DNA from: Planctomycetales bacterium
Lineage (GTDB): Bacteria; Planctomycetota; Phycisphaerae; SM23-33
Assembly (NCBI GenBank): GCA_030592655.1
Contig: JAUVIQ010000002.1
Location: 1-47,458, forward strand
Reading direction: 5' to 3'
DNA length: 47,458 bases
A model generated the notes under the pieces. The model ran no database searches and was not told the origin of the DNA. It saw nothing but the letters and a program-made list of their open reading frames with translations. Numbering within the stretch: position 1 is the first letter of the stretch; the number at the start of each line of letters is the position of its first letter. This document shows positions 44,680-47,458 of the stretch, in pieces. The translations under genes were made by a program, and so were the position numbers.

Positions 44680-46110
44680 TCAGACCTCCAGTTCCGCATC
44701 GGCGTTTAGTTTGTGCGCGTAGTGGCGGCGGACCGGTTCGATGTGGGCGGCGATGAATTCGTCCACCTGTTGCGGTGCGCGCCCAATGAAACCAGTCGGG
44801 TCAAGTAGCGAATTGATGTCCACGTCCGCGAAGGCGGCGTCGGCCTTGAGGCGGGAAATCAGATCGTTAGGCTGGCCGTGGACCTTCACCTGCTCGCCGG
44901 CGGCAATGGAGTGTTGACGTATCTTCTCGTGCAGGTCCTGCCTGTCGCCGCCGGACTTGACGGCTTCCATCAGGATGCGCTCGGTAGCCATAAACGGCAA
45001 TTCGTTTGCAACGTGCGAAGCAATAGACTCATCGTACACCACCAGTCCGCGCGCGACGTTCAGGACAATCCGCAATATACCGTCAGCGGCCAGGAAGGCT
45101 TCGGGAATCGCCAGCCTCTTATTGGCAGAATCGTCCAACGACCGCTCAAGCCACTGTTCAGCGGCGGTATGCAGCGGCGAAACCGACACGTCCATCAGGA
45201 ACCGCGCCAAAGCCGTCGCCCGCTCGCAGCGCATCGGGTTACGCTTGTAAGGCATTGCGCTGGAGCCGACCTGCTTCGCCCCGAAAGGCTCATCGACTTC
45301 CTTCATCCCGCTCATCAGGCGAATATCGTTGCAGAACTTGTGCACCGACGCGCCGATGCCGGCAAGGGTCGCTGCGATCCGGGCATCGACCTTCCGGCTA
45401 TAGGTCTGACCCGTAACCGGACAAATCCGCTCGAAGCCCATCTTTTCCGCCACCGCCTTTTCCAGCGACTGGACCTTCGCATGGTCGCCGTCGAACAGCG
45501 CCAGGAAACTGTCCTGCGTGCCGGTAGTGCCCTTGACCGACCGGAACGCCAGCGAGTCGAGCCGGTGCTGAAGTTCGCCCAGGTCCGTTACGAAGTCGTA
45601 GCACCACACAGCCGATCGCTTCCCGACGGTCGTCAGTTGTGCCGGCTGATAATGCGTAAATCCCAGGCAGGGCAGAGATCGGTATCGCTTCGCCAGCGAG
45701 CCGAGCGCGTCGATAACGCCGGCCAGTGAACCGGCGAGAATATCCATCGCCTCGCGCATCAGTATCAGGTCGGTGTTATCGACGACGAACTGGCTGGTAG
45801 CGCCGAGGTGGATTATCGGCCTGGCCGAGGGCGCAGCGTCACCGAAGGTGTGGATGTGGGCCATTACGTCGTGGCGGAACTTTTTCTCGTATTTGGCCGC
45901 TGCGGCGAAGTCAATGTCGTCGAGATGGTCGGACATATTCTTCAGTTGTTCGTCGGTGATGTTCAGACCCAGTTTCTGCTGGACTTGCCCCAGCGCCAGC
46001 CAAAGTCGCCGCCAGGTCGAGAACTTGCGTTGCGCGCCGAACAGTTCCCGCATTTCCAATCCCGCGTACCGCCCAGCCAACGGACTTTCGTATTCGATGT
46101 GGTCGTTCAT
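44680..46110 (-). CDS. purB: Adenylosuccinate lyase
   Basis: The fumarate-lyase signature is GSSAMPYKRNP. Overall PurB-like sequence, 476 aa. Confidence 0.9.
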   Translation of the reverse strand: MNDHIEYESPLAGRYAGLEMRELFGAQRKFSTWRRLWLALGQVQQKLGLNITDEQLKNMSDHLDDIDFAAAAKYEKKFRHDVMAHIHTFGDAAPSARPIIHLGATSQFVVDNTDLILMREAMDILAGSLAGVIDALGSLAKRYRSLPCLGFTHYQPAQLTTVGKRSAVWCYDFVTDLGELQHRLDSLAFRSVKGTTGTQDSFLALFDGDHAKVQSLEKAVAEKMGFERICPVTGQTYSRKVDARIAATLAGIGASVHKFCNDIRLMSGMKEVDEPFGAKQVGSSAMPYKRNPMRCERATALARFLMDVSVSPLHTAAEQWLERSLDDSANKRLAIPEAFLAADGILRIVLNVARGLVVYDESIASHVANELPFMATERILMEAVKSGGDRQDLHEKIRQHSIAAGEQVKVHGQPNDLISRLKADAAFADVDINSLLDPTGFIGRAPQQVDEFIAAHIEPVRRHYAHKLNADAELEV

Positions 46111-46386
46111 AGCGATGATAGTTTAACTCTCATGGACCTCTTTGTCATCCGTATAATACATATCTGTCCCCCTGTTTTTCTGATTTTTATCGGAAAATGG
46201 GTTGACAAAAAGCCCATTTGCCCTTATGATGTTTTTTTGCGATTGGTGCTCAATTGCTGTTGCTTGGGTTGTGCATTTGCTCGAAAGGAGGAGGCTCTGC
46301 TCGTTTCGGTCGTCCTGGAACGTTAGACCTCTTTTTCAGCGGAAGAATGGTCGATTTCCATTCTGCTTTTTCAGGAGGATTTGCTC

Positions 46387-47127
46387 ATGGCTCGTTTTTT
46401 TGGTTTCAGGTTAGCGGCTCTAGGTCTTTTTCTGTGCATCACGCTGATTTTCAGTTTGTCGACGGCAAGTGCGGACACAATTGCGCACTTTGACACGTCC
46501 CTCGGTTCGTTCGACGTCCAATTGTACGACACCGCCACCCCGGTTACAGTTCAGAACTTTCTGAATTACGTTACCAGCGGAAGGTACCAGGACTTATTCG
46601 TGCACCGGTCAATACCGAATTTTATCATACAAAGCGGCGGTTTCACATATGACCAACCGTATGTCGAAGCCGTGCCTCCCTTCGATCCGATCGTCAACGA
46701 GTTTGACCCATCAAGGTCAAACGTTCGCGGGACTATCGCAATGGCCAAAGTTGGTCCTCAATATGATGGTCAAGGCGACCTTATCCCCGGTACCGGTCCG
46801 GATTCTGCTACGAGTCAGTGGTTTTTCAACCTTGGCGACAACTCATCCAATCTGGACAACCAGAATGGCGGGTTCACTGTATTCGGAGAGGTTCTCGGCG
46901 ACGGCATGGATGTGGTAGATGCGATTGCCGCGGTGGATATTTTTCGTTTTGCCAGTCCTTTCGACGATCTGCCCCTGCGGAACTACACCCAGGACGACTA
47001 TGATAATCTTGTTCCGATAACAGACGATAATGTCGTACTCGTTAATATATCCGTTCCCGAACCGACTACGTTGGGACTGTTGGCTGTTTGCGGTTTGGCA
47101 ATGGTAAGGCGGAGGCGTAAGAAATAA
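46387..47127 (+). CDS. Cyclophilin-type peptidyl-prolyl isomerase with signal peptide and PEP-CTERM anchor
   Basis: I trimmed the start to ATG 46387 (AGGAGG 8 nt upstream). Cyclophilin motifs are NFLNYVTSGRYQDLFVHRSIPNFIIQSGGF and SQWFFNL. The C-terminus is VPEPTTLGLLAVCGLAMVRRRRKK. Confidence 0.85.
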   Translation: MARFFGFRLAALGLFLCITLIFSLSTASADTIAHFDTSLGSFDVQLYDTATPVTVQNFLNYVTSGRYQDLFVHRSIPNFIIQSGGFTYDQPYVEAVPPFDPIVNEFDPSRSNVRGTIAMAKVGPQYDGQGDLIPGTGPDSATSQWFFNLGDNSSNLDNQNGGFTVFGEVLGDGMDVVDAIAAVDIFRFASPFDDLPLRNYTQDDYDNLVPITDDNVVLVNISVPEPTTLGLLAVCGLAMVRRRRKK

Positions 47128-47166
47128 CCCTTTGGGGAAATCGCACTGGTCCGCAAGAAAACTCAA

Positions 47167-47197
47167 AAGGTCGCCGCAGAACGCGGCGGCCTTTTTA
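47167..47197 (+). terminator. Rho-independent terminator
   Basis: aaggtcgccgc / gcggcggcctt forms a stem with one G.U pair and loop agaac, followed by tttttattt. Confidence 0.6.
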
Positions 47198-47365
47198 TTT
47201 ATTCCGACGGGGGTGAAATGGTCCATCGGACAATCTGTTCCGGACTGTGATTTTTGCCCTTCATTTGAGACTTTCCTTTCCATCATGTTTTACGCCTTTT
47301 TCTTCAGAAAATCTCTCATTTCAACTGGTACAGTTTTTGGGGGGCAGGCCACGTATTAACAAGCG

Positions 47366-47395
47366 CGTTCGCGTTTGCGCGCGCAAACGCGAACG
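47366..47395. repeat. Perfect 30-bp palindrome
   Basis: cgttcgcgtttgcgc | gcgcaaacgcgaacg. Confidence 0.85.
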
Positions 47396-47458
47396 TAAAA
47401 ATCAGGGGGGACAAAAAAAGCAAAAAAATAATTTCGTTGGCCCCCAAGGACTTACGTC

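Overview
This window looks like a chromosomal segment from a PVC-superphylum bacterium. My guess is Planctomycetota, Phycisphaerae-like, based on a DUF1559/prepilin-type protein, an exosortase/PEP-CTERM system and moderately high GC. I saw no rRNA, CRISPR array, transposase or integrase.

Layout:
(i) 1-2.9 kb: HtrA protease plus a secreted protein with two degenerate protease-like lobes.
(ii) 3-9.9 kb: an accessory, defence-like patch. It holds a Fic protein, a three-gene overlapped MazF-type module, and an orphan phage-like packaging module facing a LexA/CI-like repressor. The packaging module is an HTH protein, a frame-disrupted ABC-ATPase/GNAT fusion with an in-frame palindromic insertion (42-bp arms), and a TerL-like terminase.
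(iii) 9.9-14 kb: FAD oxidoreductase, NikR, two repeat-rich tail-anchored paralogues, and DJ-1/PfpI.
(iv) 14.2-18 kb: a translationally coupled operon of a GHKL-ATPase/PD-(D/E)xK nuclease fusion, Dcm and Vsr. This is my best candidate for an undescribed restriction/defence system.
(v) 18.9-19.2 kb: tRNA-Thr(UGU) and a tRNA-Tyr-like gene whose anticodon reads UUA (ochre-suppressor type). Separately, a Gfo/Idh/MocA gene at 38.8-40 kb is interrupted by one in-frame TAA.
(vi) 19.7-30 kb: exosortase locus (Wza-like, exosortase, EpsI-like, giant TPR protein, Wzc-like kinase).
(vii) 30.5-35.2 kb: four PEP-CTERM proteins. Two loci are preceded by paralogous promoter-plus-leader elements of about 380 nt that show pairing-preserving substitutions, so they are candidate cis-regulatory RNAs.
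(viii) 35.4-47.1 kb: folC, a NodB-like protein, the split oxidoreductase, an M16 peptidase pair, murD, purB, and a cyclophilin with a PEP-CTERM anchor.

Many gene boundaries carry short tandem arrays of 6-10-nt units, and there are several perfect nested palindromes. All calls come from reading the sequence and recalling motifs. No database search was run.
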